This document shows positions 42,505 through 55,663 of a stretch of 64,000 nucleotides of DNA, piece by piece. The notes under the pieces are model-generated. The model was given only the letters and a program-made list of their open reading frames with translations. It did no database searches and had not been told where the DNA came from. The translations under genes were made by a program, and so were the position numbers. The DNA comes from Octopus vulgaris. Its lineage: Eukaryota. The first letter of the stretch is position 1. Each line of letters starts with the position of its first letter. The stretch lies in assembly GCA_951406725.2 (NCBI GenBank), contig OX597817.1, positions 63,488,001 through 63,552,000 of the forward strand, written 5' to 3'.

Positions 42505-42728
42505 TAGTGATGTTTAAAAAAATTCAAATAAGGTCATTAAAGTAATCTAATATGTTGATATGTAATTAATGAGTACGGCTATGTCAGTTATTTCCCTTGA
42601 TACCTGTACATTAATATCGTAAAATAGAAGTAGATTTGAAAGGTGGTGGAGCTACTGGTATGTGTCATAAGAGATGTGAAAAAAGATGTATGTTCGTTTA
42701 TATCTTAAATACATATGTGTATATATAT

Positions 42729-42825
<97 letters not shown>

Positions 42826-43012
42826 TACACATACACACATGTACACACACATAACCATACAGATATACGTATATATGTGTATGTGTGTATGTAGCAGTGT
42901 GCTGTGTATCTCTCCATATTGACTACTTTGTATGTACCTCTATATGTTTTAATGACGTCTCTAGTGTGAGTGTGTACACATAAGCACAATTACATATATA
43001 CGCGTGTATTTG

Positions 43013-43044
<32 letters not shown>

Positions 43045-43089
43045 TCTCTCATATATATATATGTATGTATCATATATATAATATAGTTA

Positions 43090-43309
43090 ATTTTTAAAAA
43101 ATCGAAGAAAAAAGGCAACAAAAATCAACAACGTGAGGACGTGGTACATGCAAGGTATTAATAAGGCGCTCAGAGAAGGATAGAAATAGCGGTTGTTTTA
43201 CGTTTCGAGCAAAGCTCTTCTTCGAAAACAGGAGTCATAGGAAAGTCCAAAAGAAAAGAAAGATGAAAGAAAATTACCAACAGTCCATATATCTGCGTGT
43301 GTATGTGCG

Positions 43310-43358
<49 letters not shown>

Positions 43359-43488
43359 ATATATATATAGGTATATATATATGTAATATATATATAGGTA
43401 TATATATGTATATATATGTATATATATATATATACGTATATATGTATATATACATACATATATATATATATATATACTATATATATAT

Positions 43489-43555
<67 letters not shown>

Positions 43556-43814
43556 CACATATATATATATGTACGTGTGTATACGTATGATAGATCGGTA
43601 ACCACTACATACATTTTTCTCTCCTTTTTTCTTTCCCTTTTTTCTCTCCTTTTTCTCTCCTTGTTTCTCTCCTTCTTTTTTTCTGTGTCCCTTTCTGTAG
43701 AAGAGCATAGGCTCGAAACGTAAAATACTTTTTTCAATTCCTGAGCGTTATACTAATACATATGTTTGTTTTGTACATCACTTGTCTTCGTCTTTTGTTT
43801 TCTTCGAGAACTCT

Positions 43815-43818
<4 letters not shown>
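43090..43818. mobile_element. Two divergent Penelope-like terminal fragments (- at 43090-43290, + at about 43600-43818) around a TA-rich tract, each with a hammerhead-like motif
   Basis: Minus 43230-43194: TGTTT-TCGAAGAA-GAGC-TTT-GCTC-GAAACGTA-AAACA. Plus 43690-43727: CTTT-CTGTAGAA-GAGC-ATAG-GCTC-GAAACGTA-AAA. Confidence 0.65.
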
Positions 43819-43878
<60 letters not shown>

Positions 43879-44009
43879 ATAATATATATATTTAAGAATA
43901 ACGCCTGCGCATGCATGTAGGTGTGTTTATGTGCATACATGGATATATATATATACATGCATACATACATACATACATACATACATACATACATACATAC
44001 ATACATACA

Positions 44010-44040
<31 letters not shown>

Positions 44041-44519
44041 GTAAGTGTGTGTGTGTGTGTATATATACATATATACAGGTATAAGCAACCTTTGTATAAT
44101 ATGTAGTAATATATATGGGCAGGTGTAATGTCACATAGTCATCCACTCTTGTACACAGGCGCAATACACGCGCACACCTCCTCCCACACACACACAGAGA
44201 CACGCATGTCACGCAGACATACACAGACACACACGTGCGCACACGAACACACACATGGCAGCAGTAACGCAGAAAAATATATGCCCACACGCTTACACAA
44301 TCACGTACCTGTATTTCACACACAAATACATACGTACAACACATGAAAAGAAGAACTGGAATTGGTAAACCGTATCAAATTAACAATCAGAAATGTTTAT
44401 CTCTTTACAGTTTCTTTTGTCCCTTGAGGTGTAATCTGGATTCAACCCTCCACCACAACACCACCATTAATAGAAGTGTAATTACTACCGGCACTATAAC
44501 CACCACCACCACTCATCCT

Positions 44520-44587
<68 letters not shown>

Positions 44588-44834
44588 CTCCACCACCACC
44601 TCCACCACCACAACCAAAACCACCACCACCACCACCACCACCACCACCACCACCGGTACCTCACTACCATTACTCCTACCACTACCGGTATTTCTTCGTA
44701 TATGTGCATTTAATATGTATATGAATACATACATGCGTACATACATACATACATACATACATACATGTGTTTATATATGTGTATTTACAGTTATGTACTT
44801 TATATAAATTTATGGATTTTTATGGATTTATGTG

Positions 44835-45160
44835 TATCGCACAGTGGTTAGAGCACCGGGCTCATAATCAAGAGGTAATGAATTCGATTCCCGGACAGGG
44901 CTGTGTGTTGCGTTATTGCGCAACACACAGTTCACTCAGCTGTAGTAATGAGTCGCGACGCCACTGGTGTCAAGCTGTATTAGCCTTTGTCTTTCCCTTG
45001 GATAACATCGGTGACGTGGAAAGGCAAAGCTAAGCTGGTATGCAAGGGTGACTGCCGGTCTTCCATAAACAACTTTGCCCGGGTTTGTGTCACGGGGGTG
45101 AGAAGAAGCTTTCTAGGTGCAATCCTATTGTCATTCATGAGCGAAGGGGTTCTTTACCCA
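44835..45160 (+). mobile_element. Diverged tRNA-derived SINE
   Basis: CGCACAGTGGTTAGAGC...AATTCGATTCCCG (box A/B-like) followed by a SINE-like body. Confidence 0.6.
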
Positions 45161-45413
45161 TATATATAAACGATTAATTTAACAGAAGGTGGAATTGGTA
45201 TAACCCTTTATTTTGTACAACTATCGTTTCCACCCATCCTATAACTGTTCTTTATTGGTGGGATGCTGTGCATAATATTATTTTGCATCAATCTTGCAGT
45301 CTGGGTCACATCAGGTGCATTCATACTGCGGATGACATGAGGTAGCCCAAACTATGCCAGTGTTTTACTCAGCATATCAGTACACTATTCATTAGTTCAA
45401 TATATATATACAT

Positions 45414-45820
45414 AGGCGTAGGAGTGGCTGTGTGGTAAGTAGCTTGCTTACCAACCACATAGTTCCGGGTTCAGTCCCACTGCGTGGTACCTTGGGCAAG
45501 TGTCTTCTACTATAGCCTCGGGCCAACCAAAGCCTTGTGAGTGGATTTGGTAGACGGAAACTGAAAGAAGCCCGTCGTATATATATATATATATAAATAT
45601 GTGTGTGTGTGTATATGTTTGTGTTTGTCCCACCAACATCGCTTGACAACCGATGCTGGTGTGTTTACGTCCCCGTAACTTAGCGGTTCGGTACAAGAGA
45701 CCGATAGAATAAGTACTAGGCTTACAAAGAATAAGTCCTGGGGTCGATTTGCTCGACTAAAAAGGTGGTGCTCCAGCATGGCCACAGTCAAATGACTGAA
45801 ACAAGTAAAAGTGTAAAAGT
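45414..45820 (+). mobile_element. Full-length SINE family A
   Basis: AGGCGTAGGAGTGGCTGTGTGGT head, internal (TA)(TG)n, 3' GGTGGTGCTCCAGCATGGCCACAGTCAAATGACTGAAAC and (GTAAAA) tail. Confidence 0.9.
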
Positions 45821-45859
45821 GATATGTATATATCTATATCTATCTATATATATATATAT

Positions 45860-46063
45860 AAATTATTCTATAATTAGATACATAATTATAACAAGGGGTC
45901 AGCTATGTGCCTCGCCACGTACTGAATTAGAAATAGACGCTAATGTCTTCTTTACTATCCTAAAAATCTCCAGAGATGTTTATGGTAGTAAAAAAGATAG
46001 CGTCTATTTGTACTTCAGTACGTGGCGAGGCACATAGCTGACCTCTTGTTATAATTATGTATA
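45860..46063. repeat. Hairpin palindrome centred near 45971; the outer 17 bp of its right arm are displaced to 47848-47864 by the Helitron
   Basis: ATACATAATTATAACAAG..GCTATGTGCCTCGCCACGTACTGAA is mirrored at 46014-46062. AAATTATTCTATAATTA (45860-45876) is mirrored at 47848-47864. Confidence 0.9.
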
Positions 46064-47847
46064 CTAGCAAACTTACCCATCTACGATTGGTGATAAGGGC
46101 AGTGTGCAAATGGAGACAATTTAAGTTGTAATGTATTTATTTTTATTCCTTATATTTGATAGTGCCAAACTACATAGTGCACCTTATTGAACAATATATA
46201 TGTAAACATTTACATAATTCATTCATGTTGCTATCTTTACAAAACCTCTTTGTAAACAATATTCTCCGTTTGTCCACAACTAAGTTTCAAATTAGCTGAA
46301 TCGCGACATACAGTTAGCCGTGCGTGAACATGGGAGAGGGCAGAAACACACCGACGCGATCCAAAGTCTGGCCCTTACCTTGTATTTTGAATGTTGGATT
46401 AAATCCATTTGGTGAAGTATCAATTTTGCATCCAATTGAAGCAAATGCAAATGTATTGTATGATCGATTTTTTGTTATAAATCTGCTATCGCCCTATAAT
46501 TTCAGAATATCATCTGATAAATTCGGAGAATAGGCTCAACTTTAACTTTCCTTTTTTCACAGCATAGGGAAATTGGTTCAGCAGGCCAGTGTTTCGCTTT
46601 GCAATCTCCAAAACTGTCACAACTGTGAGACCGGTGTGATACTGGGATCTTATATTCGTCAAAATCATCTTGCACTGCAATTAAGTTATAATCTGTGATC
46701 ATTTCATCGTTTTCACTATCTGCGAGGGAAATATTTTGTAACTCATCATCTTTGACTTGCAATTGCGCTTGCCTAGCTCGCAGTCGTGCTCGAGTGTTAT
46801 AGGTTTGTTCGATAGCCCCTACTGCAGAACTTCTCCTTGATCAACGTGCTGGGGTATTGTTCTGTTGTTCTGCATCTCTGGCAGCCGGATTTAGTGTACG
46901 TGATCGACCTGCTGAAGTATTTCTTTGTTGCTCAGTGTCTCTCATATGTTGGCGCTTTGCACTCTGCGCTTCTGTATCACTTTCTTTTTCTGCTTGTCTG
47001 TACGCTTCGTCCGACCGAGTCCTACTAGTAGAAGCAGCATTTCTTGTTTTTCTCTCAATTGACGACTTCCGTTTTGGTGTCATGATCTGACATGAATAAA
47101 ATAATAAAAGAGCAACATAAAAAAATATTTTGCTACATTTTAATTAACGTGTAATATAATGCACGCATATCATGTCATTCACTGTTTTATGCATCGTAGT
47201 ATGATACATAGTAGGAAACGTCACCAGAGCAAGAATCCTAAGTGTTGACTGTGGACACGCTCCTTCGCAAATGATCAGCTATTATTTTGTAAACAATGTT
47301 TCGAAACTGTTCCTGTGTTCGAAAGGAGAGATCTGACTCTCACACTCGGTGTAGGAAACCCAGGTTGCCAAAGTTACTTCATTCGACAATATTACCCAAT
47401 AGAGGGAGAAGGGGTTGGGTTGGGTGGGACAAGGGAAGGAAGAGGAGATCGGACTGATCTCTGCGGGAGAAGGTAGGCCTTTCTATTCCTCTTATAAATC
47501 TTACCTCCGGGTGCCAAATTTGTCTCGATGGTATTAGTCGGTTAGTGGGTGCTGGTGAGACAGATACAGGGGCAGGGGTAGAAGGAGGAGGTCAAGCATG
47601 TTCCTTTAAGAGGGTATAGGCCACCCTGTCCCTTCTCCCAAAGTTATCTGTGGGTGCCAAACTTACGTCAATTGATGGAATTTCCCTGAAAGTAGGTGGG
47701 CGAGGGACTAAACCTATACATGACCCACCCTACAGTCTCCACCGAACACCCCTACAAAGTTTCATGCCGAACGGCCCAACCGTTTGGCCGTGATGTGAGT
47801 ACAGAAAGACGGGCGGACGGACGGACATTACACACATTATAGTATGA
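46064..47847 (-). mobile_element. Internally deleted Helitron
   Basis: 5' TC (47847) and 3' CTAG (46064) with subterminal hairpin CCAATC-GTA-GATGGG; inserted at A|T with no TSD. Decayed ORF from 47083: DCKAKHW..SLCC, RSYNTFAFASIG..FKIQG fused to GQTLDRVGVFL..FTHG*LYVA (PIF1-like motifs V/VI). Confidence 0.92.
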
Positions 47848-47936
47848 TAATTATAGAATAATTTGTGAAATTTATCTAAAATATTTTTTACGTACTGGCT
47901 ACCTGGTAAAATTATTACTGATTTTACCCTATATTA

Positions 47937-47987
<51 letters not shown>

Positions 47988-48026
47988 GTATATGTGTATA
48001 TATATATGTATGTATGTATGTATGTA

Positions 48027-48096
<70 letters not shown>

Positions 48097-48249
48097 TATA
48101 TTTGTTTGCATACGCATGAATATAATTGATCAGTTGATTTGGTTCACTGATTAGCTAGTTAATGTTAATAAAAAGATGCGAAATAGAAGTAGTGCCTGTT
48201 TCTTATTACCCTTCTAAGATACAATACCATACATTTCAACAAAGGTTTT

Positions 48250-48465
48250 CACATCAAGAGTCTTACAAACAAATAGAAAAATACAAATCGCAAATTAAAA
48301 GTAACAAAACAACTAAGATCAAAAGGACGTACGCATGAAATTTATTAGGTTGACGGTCAGTATAAGATGAAAAGGAGAGTGGGTACATAACGTTTCGAGC
48401 ATGGCTCTTCGGCAGAACAGGGCAGAAAGGTCTGGAGAGAAAGAAAAAGTCCAAGTAAAGGTCGT
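48250..48465 (-). mobile_element. Penelope-like terminal fragment with hammerhead-like motif
   Basis: Minus 48420-48385: CTGCCGAA-GAGC-CAT-GCTC-GAAACGTT. Confidence 0.55.
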
Positions 48466-48861
48466 CTATGTATGTATGTAAGTATGTATGTATGTACGTA
48501 TGTATTTATGTATGTATGTATGTATGTATGTATGTATGTATGTATGTATGTATGTATGTATGTGTGTATGTATGTATGCATGTATGCATGTATCTATCAT
48601 CAAAAAAGTACTTCACCTGGTGAGTGTTTAATATATATATAAGAGTGAATAAACACACGAAAGAAAAAGGAACACAACACATTTAGTAGAGTTACATACA
48701 TTCTTTAAAACAGTTTGAATCGGCTCCATGCAACTCAAATTTTCGCGAGTTTCTACGAGAAAGCTATCTCGTTCAGGCGCAGATTAGCGATAATTTGAGA
48801 TAGGTTTCCGTTAGAAGCCTGTGAAACAATAAGTCGTATGGAGCCGAATAAAACTGTTTTA

Positions 48862-48924
<63 letters not shown>

Positions 48925-48933
<9 letters not shown>

Positions 48934-49770
48934 CAGAGTTTGTGTGTGTGGTCCTTATGGATTCGAAAACTGAGAAGCCGATTTTGACGAATGAGATATC
49001 AAAAGATTCAGTAATATTTTAGCTACCAAATGAAGTATTTTTTTACACGACAACTCTAGTTTACTACAAAAATACTCTCGAAAACGAGGTCGGGTCGCAC
49101 AATTTTTAGATCATTTTCTGGTAATATTTGGATTTGCTTCTAATCTACGTTGCCAATTTTAATGTTTTGGTGTCAACAATTGCAACAATGTATGAGGAGT
49201 ATTATGGGTGTATTTGTGATGCACAAAATCCTACTTGTCAACGGAAATGACAAAAAAACATGCTTTTTGAGCAATTATTGGCGCATTTTCTGTCAATAAT
49301 GGCCTTTGTGCCACAACTAAAGTGTGAATGGGAACGTTTTCAGTATTCAATGATTAAACAATGTCATTGAAATATTGCGTTACCATTTCTTTGCACAAAG
49401 TCCTATTTTTCAATAGAAAAGCGACTAATGAACCATGTTCTGGCATAATTGGGATCACTTCATGCATTGCTAGCAAAAATAATTTGTCCATGTAGATTTT
49501 CTTGGTGGGAAACGACCCAGGAATGCCAAAGGAGCAATCTCGGGTTTAAAGTCAATAAAATTTCCCCAAGGATTAAGCACAGTAAGAACCTATATTCGTT
49601 CAAGTGTGGTAAAGACGTGAAGCAATGACTAAAACCGTTCGAGCTTTTTTTGCCTTTAACATTTTTCTCTTTATTCAACCAAATTTATGCAAAGTTGCTT
49701 ATCGTTATTTGTATATTTTCATGCCTAATATTCATTCCATAAGCCGTAAAGTTCGTAAGGGTTTTGCTAC
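48925..49770 (+). mobile_element. Possible old non-autonomous Helitron-like repeat
   Basis: Starts after (TA)n with GTGTGTG..GAAAACTG..CCGATTTTGACGAA; ends ..AAGGGTTTTGCTAC (degenerate CTAG). Pattern resemblance only. Confidence 0.35.
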
Positions 49771-49809
49771 AATTTCCCTATTTTTCTCAGTGGTTGAGCA
49801 ACACCGGAA

Positions 49810-50110
49810 TGCAATGTGTGTGATGCATACGGTCCGCTTGAACTCGAAAATAATGCCTGTCATCGCCACACATGGAGGGAGCAGGTTAAGGAGGGGGTCG
49901 ACATCTTTGAGATAGCACGTATACTGCATGTAATGAATGGGGAAAGCTTAGTTTGCAATGTTTGCAGTCGTTTATGCTTGTCAAGAGCAGGGTCCATTAG
50001 CCATCAACGGAGCCGCAAATTCAAAATATAAGTTAGTCCTAGAGCGCACAATGTTCCTAAAGGTCATCAATGGTCTTCCTTGGTCACGAGTACACGGCCG
50101 TCATCATCAT
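49810..50110 (+). mobile_element. RTE-clade LINE 3' fragment
   Basis: LENNACHRHTWREQVKEGVDIFE..CNVCSRLCLSRAGSISHQRS (C-terminal zinc-finger-like), short 3' UTR and (CAT)n tail. Confidence 0.75.
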
Positions 50111-50122
50111 ACAAACACACAC

Positions 50123-50169
<47 letters not shown>

Positions 50170-50519
50170 GAGTGTGTGTGTTTGAGCATGTGTTTGACTT
50201 CCACCACCATCACCACCACTTGATAACGGGTATTGGTTTGTTTACGCTTTTCGTAACTTACCTGTTCGGTACGAGGAATCGATAGAATAAGTATCAGGCT
50301 TTAAAAAGCGAAAGTAAGTACTGTGATCGATTCATTCGACTAAAATTTCTTCAAGGCGTTCTCCAGCATGGGCGCAGTCTGACGGAAGCAAGTAAAATAT
50401 AAACACACACACACATATATATATGCACACACAGAAAGAGAGAAAGAGAGAGACAGAGGGGGAAGATAGATAGAGACATATATATATGAATTATAAATAG
50501 ATAGATACACGCATACATG

Positions 50520-50655
50520 TATGTATTCCTTTCTGTGGAAGAGCGTAGGCTCGAAACGTTAAAGGCTTTTTCACTTCCCAAGCGTTATACTAATACATCT
50601 GTTTGTTGTCTACACCACCTGTCTTCGTCTTTTGTTTTTGTATGAATTCTCCCTA
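50520..50655 (+). mobile_element. Penelope-like terminal fragment with hammerhead-like motif (50528-50565)
   Basis: CCTTT-CTGTGGAA-GAGC-GTAG-GCTC-GAAACGTT-AAAGG; tail ends next to (TA)n. Confidence 0.65.
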
Positions 50656-50656
50656 C

Positions 50657-50703
<47 letters not shown>

Positions 50704-52049
50704 TATATGCATAGACGCTTACACTCATGCACATACCAAATAAGATAGATAGATAGATTGATTGATTGATACATAGATATACAATAAGACTCAAGAACAT
50801 TAACGATTGTGATGTATCCTAGTTGAACGAGACATATAGCTAATATCGCAAACGTATATTTGCCAGACAAGTGTGTATGCTCTCTAGAGGTGATTGCATC
50901 AAATTATTTTAGAGCAATATATACAATATATTCTTAAACAAAATTATTTAGTCAATTCATATTCCCTCTGTAGTATTATGTAATTACTCATTAATTCTAG
51001 AATCATTACTACTATATCAATGTTTTAATTTTTTTCTGTCTCTCGTTTATCTTTTATATGTCTTCATGTTTCAGATACTCTAAAAGAATGTCTCCACATT
51101 AGTTCTTTAGTGGATTCACCGTTTCTCGTTTATCCCCGAAATATTTTCCCACCACTTACTTTTAAACATCTTCATTCCTATTTTGTTATAGATGTTATTC
51201 CATGTTCTTGTTGGTTAAGATGTTTCATTCGTGATCTCGAGATCGTCGGTTCGATTCTCGTTACGTTTTTGAGCAAAACGCTTCACTTCACGTTGCTCTG
51301 CGATCACTTCACCATCTGAGGTATGGCACACGGTGCTTCTGTACAGACAATAACCATTTGAAGGAGGAAATGTAATTTCATGGGCAAACAAAATGTTCAA
51401 CTTCTTGCCTAGGGCGAGCCCATAGCAATATCATATCTTCTCCACTATTTCAGTATTACGTGTTAAAAGTGAAACAAAAATATTTCTCTATTTTATGTCA
51501 GATACTTTCACTTTAACAATAAAAATAATAATAATAATTGAATTATATGTAGTAAGTAATAATTAAAATCAAACTAAAGTATAATATAATCGTAACATAA
51601 CAAAAGTAAAAATAGCAATTGGTATAAAATTGCATCAATGACTTGAACTTGAATAAGTGGTTTCACATGAATGGGAATAAATTAAAAATAAAATTAGTGT
51701 GCAGAAATGGAATAGTCCAGATGGAGCTGTGCACATACCGTTTACCACGGCTTTTACATTAGATTATCTGCTAATTAGCTAGCATTAAGTATCTATATGA
51801 GATTTGGCTGTATGTAATGTCTGTTTTCTCGAACAGCCGCTTCTACTGAGTACTGCTGTTGGTTTATTTCTAATACATAAAGGACTATAGCTTCAACTGC
51901 GTACTGCTTTTTGATTCACCGTAAAGTTTGTTGTTATTATTATTACTGTTTAACTATTGTTATCACGTTTGTTGATTCCTCGTAAGGGAAACGTTGTTGT
52001 GTTGCATTTGTTAAATAATTGTAAACTGTAACCCTCCCACTTTGGGAGA

Positions 52050-52660
52050 AGGAGCTTTGGTTATTGTTTAAAAATTGAATTGTGTCCCTGTTTGGGGAAA
52101 TATTTTCACCGTTTATACGGAAGCATTTTTGTTAGAATGCCTTCGATAGAAGAAAGTCCAAAAATGAATTTCGTTGCAGCCATCGGCGGGCGCGAAATCA
52201 TTAAAATTAAAATGGAAGAAATACAAACCTATTTCGGATTGATCACCGACAAAGACGGTGAATCTAGGATAACACCACCAAACGAAATAAAAAATTAAAT
52301 TAAAGAAAAGACTATTGTCTATAAAGTATACAATGTAGAGAAAAAAAAAGATTTGAACACTTGGAGGAAGGCACCATTGGAAAGTGTCTTGGTGCGACTA
52401 TGAAAGATATCTAACCTGAGGTGGTAAATTTGCCACAATAGAAGCAAGGTTAGAGTCAACGGAGCGTGCAAGGGAGTACTCGACTCGAACCTTGCAAAGT
52501 GGAAATATTTTATTTTTACCTTTATATCTGGGATGTAGGATAAAAATTTTAAATGTCCATCCCCACGAAGTAGAAGTAGGCTGGATTGTAGCCACACTTC
52601 TATACAAGAGGGAGGACACGATACAATTGATCGAAATCGCAAGAGACGGGCCTACAATTC
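52050..52660 (+). pseudogene. Decayed coding-like fragment, possibly a LINE ORF1
   Basis: Broken frames with KFATIEARLESTERAREYSTRTLQSGNILFLPLYLG..EVEVGWIVA; no diagnostic motif. Confidence 0.3.
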
Positions 52661-53276
52661 CAGTCTGTTATATATTTTAAGTATTGTTATCACTAGCGAT
52701 ATCAAGATATAACTTTGTATTTTGTATTTTATGTGTAGATGTATATATATAGATGTACATGTAATATGTACACACATATATATATATACACATATATACA
52801 TGCACTAGCATTATGATCCGGCAACGACGTGTCATAATGCTAGTATATATATATATGTATGATATATATGTATATATGTATATATATATATATATAAATA
52901 TATATGTATATGTGTGTCTATGTGTGTATGAATATATATGGATGTATATATATATAAATATCTCTCTATATATAGATATATATATGTATATATGTATACA
53001 TACATATGTTTATGTATACATATATATATATCTAAAATTTACTTGGAAGAGGATGCGTGGCGTTCAATCATATAATAATATAATATATATATATATATAT
53101 GCATATACACATACGTATATGTACATACATCTATACTTATATTTATATATATGCATATGTGGGCATAGGACGTCACGAAACGTGTACAAGAAATATACGA
53201 AGTAAGAGTACATGGAATATGAACTATTTTTTCGAACAATGGAGGACACAAATGGAAAACAAGACAAACAACACAC

Positions 53277-53312
<36 letters not shown>

Positions 53313-53400
53313 GTATATATATATTTATTGATAAAAATGGTAAGACAATAAAAGAATGAAAGAGACCTCGATATTATGTAAATAGAGGAATTTATCTGTA

Positions 53401-53552
53401 AATGCAATATGTGACAATTATTCGGTAGCCATGATAAAACTCCGAGTTTCGGTCATTTTTCATAGTATTATTCCGATGTCCAGATAACTGAAGAGATGGC
53501 CGTGTGGATTTCCACAGTTTTATGATGGCTACCGAATAATTGTTACATATTA

Positions 53553-53556
<4 letters not shown>
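53401..53556. repeat. Short foldback (41-bp arms) with hammerhead-like remnants inside
   Basis: 53401-53441 is complementary to 53516-53556. The spacer has CTGAAGAGATGGCCG (+) and ..GACCGAAACTCGGAGT (-). Confidence 0.7.
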
Positions 53557-53602
<46 letters not shown>

Positions 53603-53617
53603 AATATATACCTATGT

Positions 53618-53865
53618 AGGCGCGTGGGTTAGTGGGTAGGGTGTTAGCATCATGATCGTAAGATTGTGGTTTCGATTCCTGGATCGGGCGACGCGTTGTG
53701 TACTTGAGCAAAAACACTTCATTACACGTTACTCCAGTTCATTCAGCTGGCAAAAATGAGTAACGCTGCGCTGGACTGGCCTCCCGTCCTGCTGGGGAAC
53801 ACATACGCCACTGAAACCAGGAAACCGAGCCCATGAGCCTGGCTAGGCTTTAAAAGGGCGCATTT
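53618..53865 (+). mobile_element. tRNA-derived SINE (family C-like head)
   Basis: AGGCGCGTGGGTTAGTGGGTAGG...GGTTTCGATTCCTGG. Confidence 0.7.
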
Positions 53866-54938
53866 ATTATTTTTTTATATACCTATGTATATGTGAGATG
53901 TTTATATGGATGTGAAATGCCGAAGTATTTACACATATTTACACATTTTTCTGTCTCTCTTACTATATATGTGTGAGTATACACGCAAACACGCGCGAGC
54001 GCGCACACATGCTCGCACACACACACATGCACGCACACACATGCACGCACACACACACACACACACTCACACACATACACAATCATTATTTTATATTTAT
54101 TATTTGTAAAATTATATATTCAAACTTTTAGAGCGGTTCCCAAACTTTTTGATTGTTTTCTGACCGTTTTATCTTCAAGCACTTAGAATAATTTAATTAT
54201 TCCTTTCCAAGATCTGACCGCTGCTAAAATTAAGTTACCTAAACTGTCAGTTCCTTTTTTTTTTCCTTTTTTCACTGGTAATCAACAGTTTTTCGATGCT
54301 CGTAGCAGTCAAATCGGCGCCTAATATAACAAGGCAACATTGACACCACGTGTTCTCTAGAGACATTAACTCGGCGAATATACATGCTATGTTTGAACAT
54401 AATATGTCATTGGGGGCTGTAAATAGTCCTACGCAAAAATTCATGAGCGGATGAGACAAAATGGCTGACGAAAAGGGTGATGAAAATATATCGTGAAGGA
54501 AGGGTAATTCATGGTGGTGGTGGCATTTGTTAGTGGTGGTAGTGTTGGTTAGGGGGGTGTTTATAACGATGTTGATAGCGAATGAGGGAATAGTTGTGAT
54601 GTTGTTGGTGATAGTGTTGGTGGTAGTAGTGTTAGATTCTGGCGTGATTTTGTAGCTGGTCGTAGTTGTGATGGCGTTGGTGGGGGCATTCCTGATAATG
54701 ATGGTGGTCTGGTGTTTTAGTGGCGCTAGTAGTGAAGATAGTATTGGTAATGAAGCTTGTGGTAGTCATGGTAATGTTGTTGTGGTCGTAGCCGTGGTGA
54801 TGATAATGAGAGTAGTGGTGATGGTGACAATAGAGGTACAGATACATGAGGTTGTGGTGGTGATAGTAGAGGTCATGGCGGAGAAAGAGAACAGTGTTAT
54901 ATTCCTGTATATGTAATTCAATATATATACACATACAC

Positions 54939-54995
<57 letters not shown>

Positions 54996-54999
<4 letters not shown>

Positions 55000-55658
55000 T
55001 GAAGTATATTTGCCACTTACATGTGGCTAACCTTTAACCACTAAATGTGGTTAACCTTTAAGGGTCGATACTACTGTAGCTTGTAGCCCCAGGAAGAGAT
55101 CTCCTCCAGCTGGCTATTGACACACTATCTGTGCCCTATTAGTATTTGCAAAGGGAAGTCATCGTTCCCATCTCCAGCCTGACATGATACACACGGACCC
55201 GAGTATTGACCCGTCATCGACGTATAACAACTACCGGTTGGCGATGGGAAGTGGTTCTCTATGCAAATATATATACTTTTTCCAGTGACGAAAACTCACT
55301 AATTTAGAAAAAGTGCAAAGAAGCAATAATAAATCTCTGAGCGAGTTATAAACAGTAGCTGTACGACTTGCATTGAGAACCACTTCCCATTGCCAACCGG
55401 TGGTTCTCACACTCTAATGCAATACTCAGAAACTCGGGTCTGTGTGTATCAGGCAAGGCTGGAGGTGGGAACGATGACGTCCCTTTGCAAATACTGACAC
55501 AGCACAGATAGTGTGTCAATAGCCAGCTGGAGGAGATGTCTTTCTGGGGCTACAAGCTACAGTAGCATCGACCCTTAAGGGTTAGCCACATTTTGGTGGC
55601 AAATATACCTCACGATGTCGTGCAGCTACTGTTTATAACTCGCTCAGAGATTTATTAT
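54996..55658. repeat. Nested inverted repeat A-spacer-B-A'-B'
   Basis: A (54996-55266) is a diverged reverse complement of A' (55367-55616). B (about 55325-55366) is the reverse complement of B' (55617-55658). Confidence 0.85.
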
Positions 55659-55663
55659 ATATA

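Noticed and set aside
45414-45490. tRNA genes at SINE heads (also 12974, 44835, 53618)
   Set aside because: Box A/B motifs are present but the cloverleaf is incomplete and each continues into a SINE body.
54510-54940. His/Thr-rich or Val-rich ORFs (54632-54940, 54668-54916)
   Set aside because: Degenerate (GGT/GAT)n low-complexity tract.
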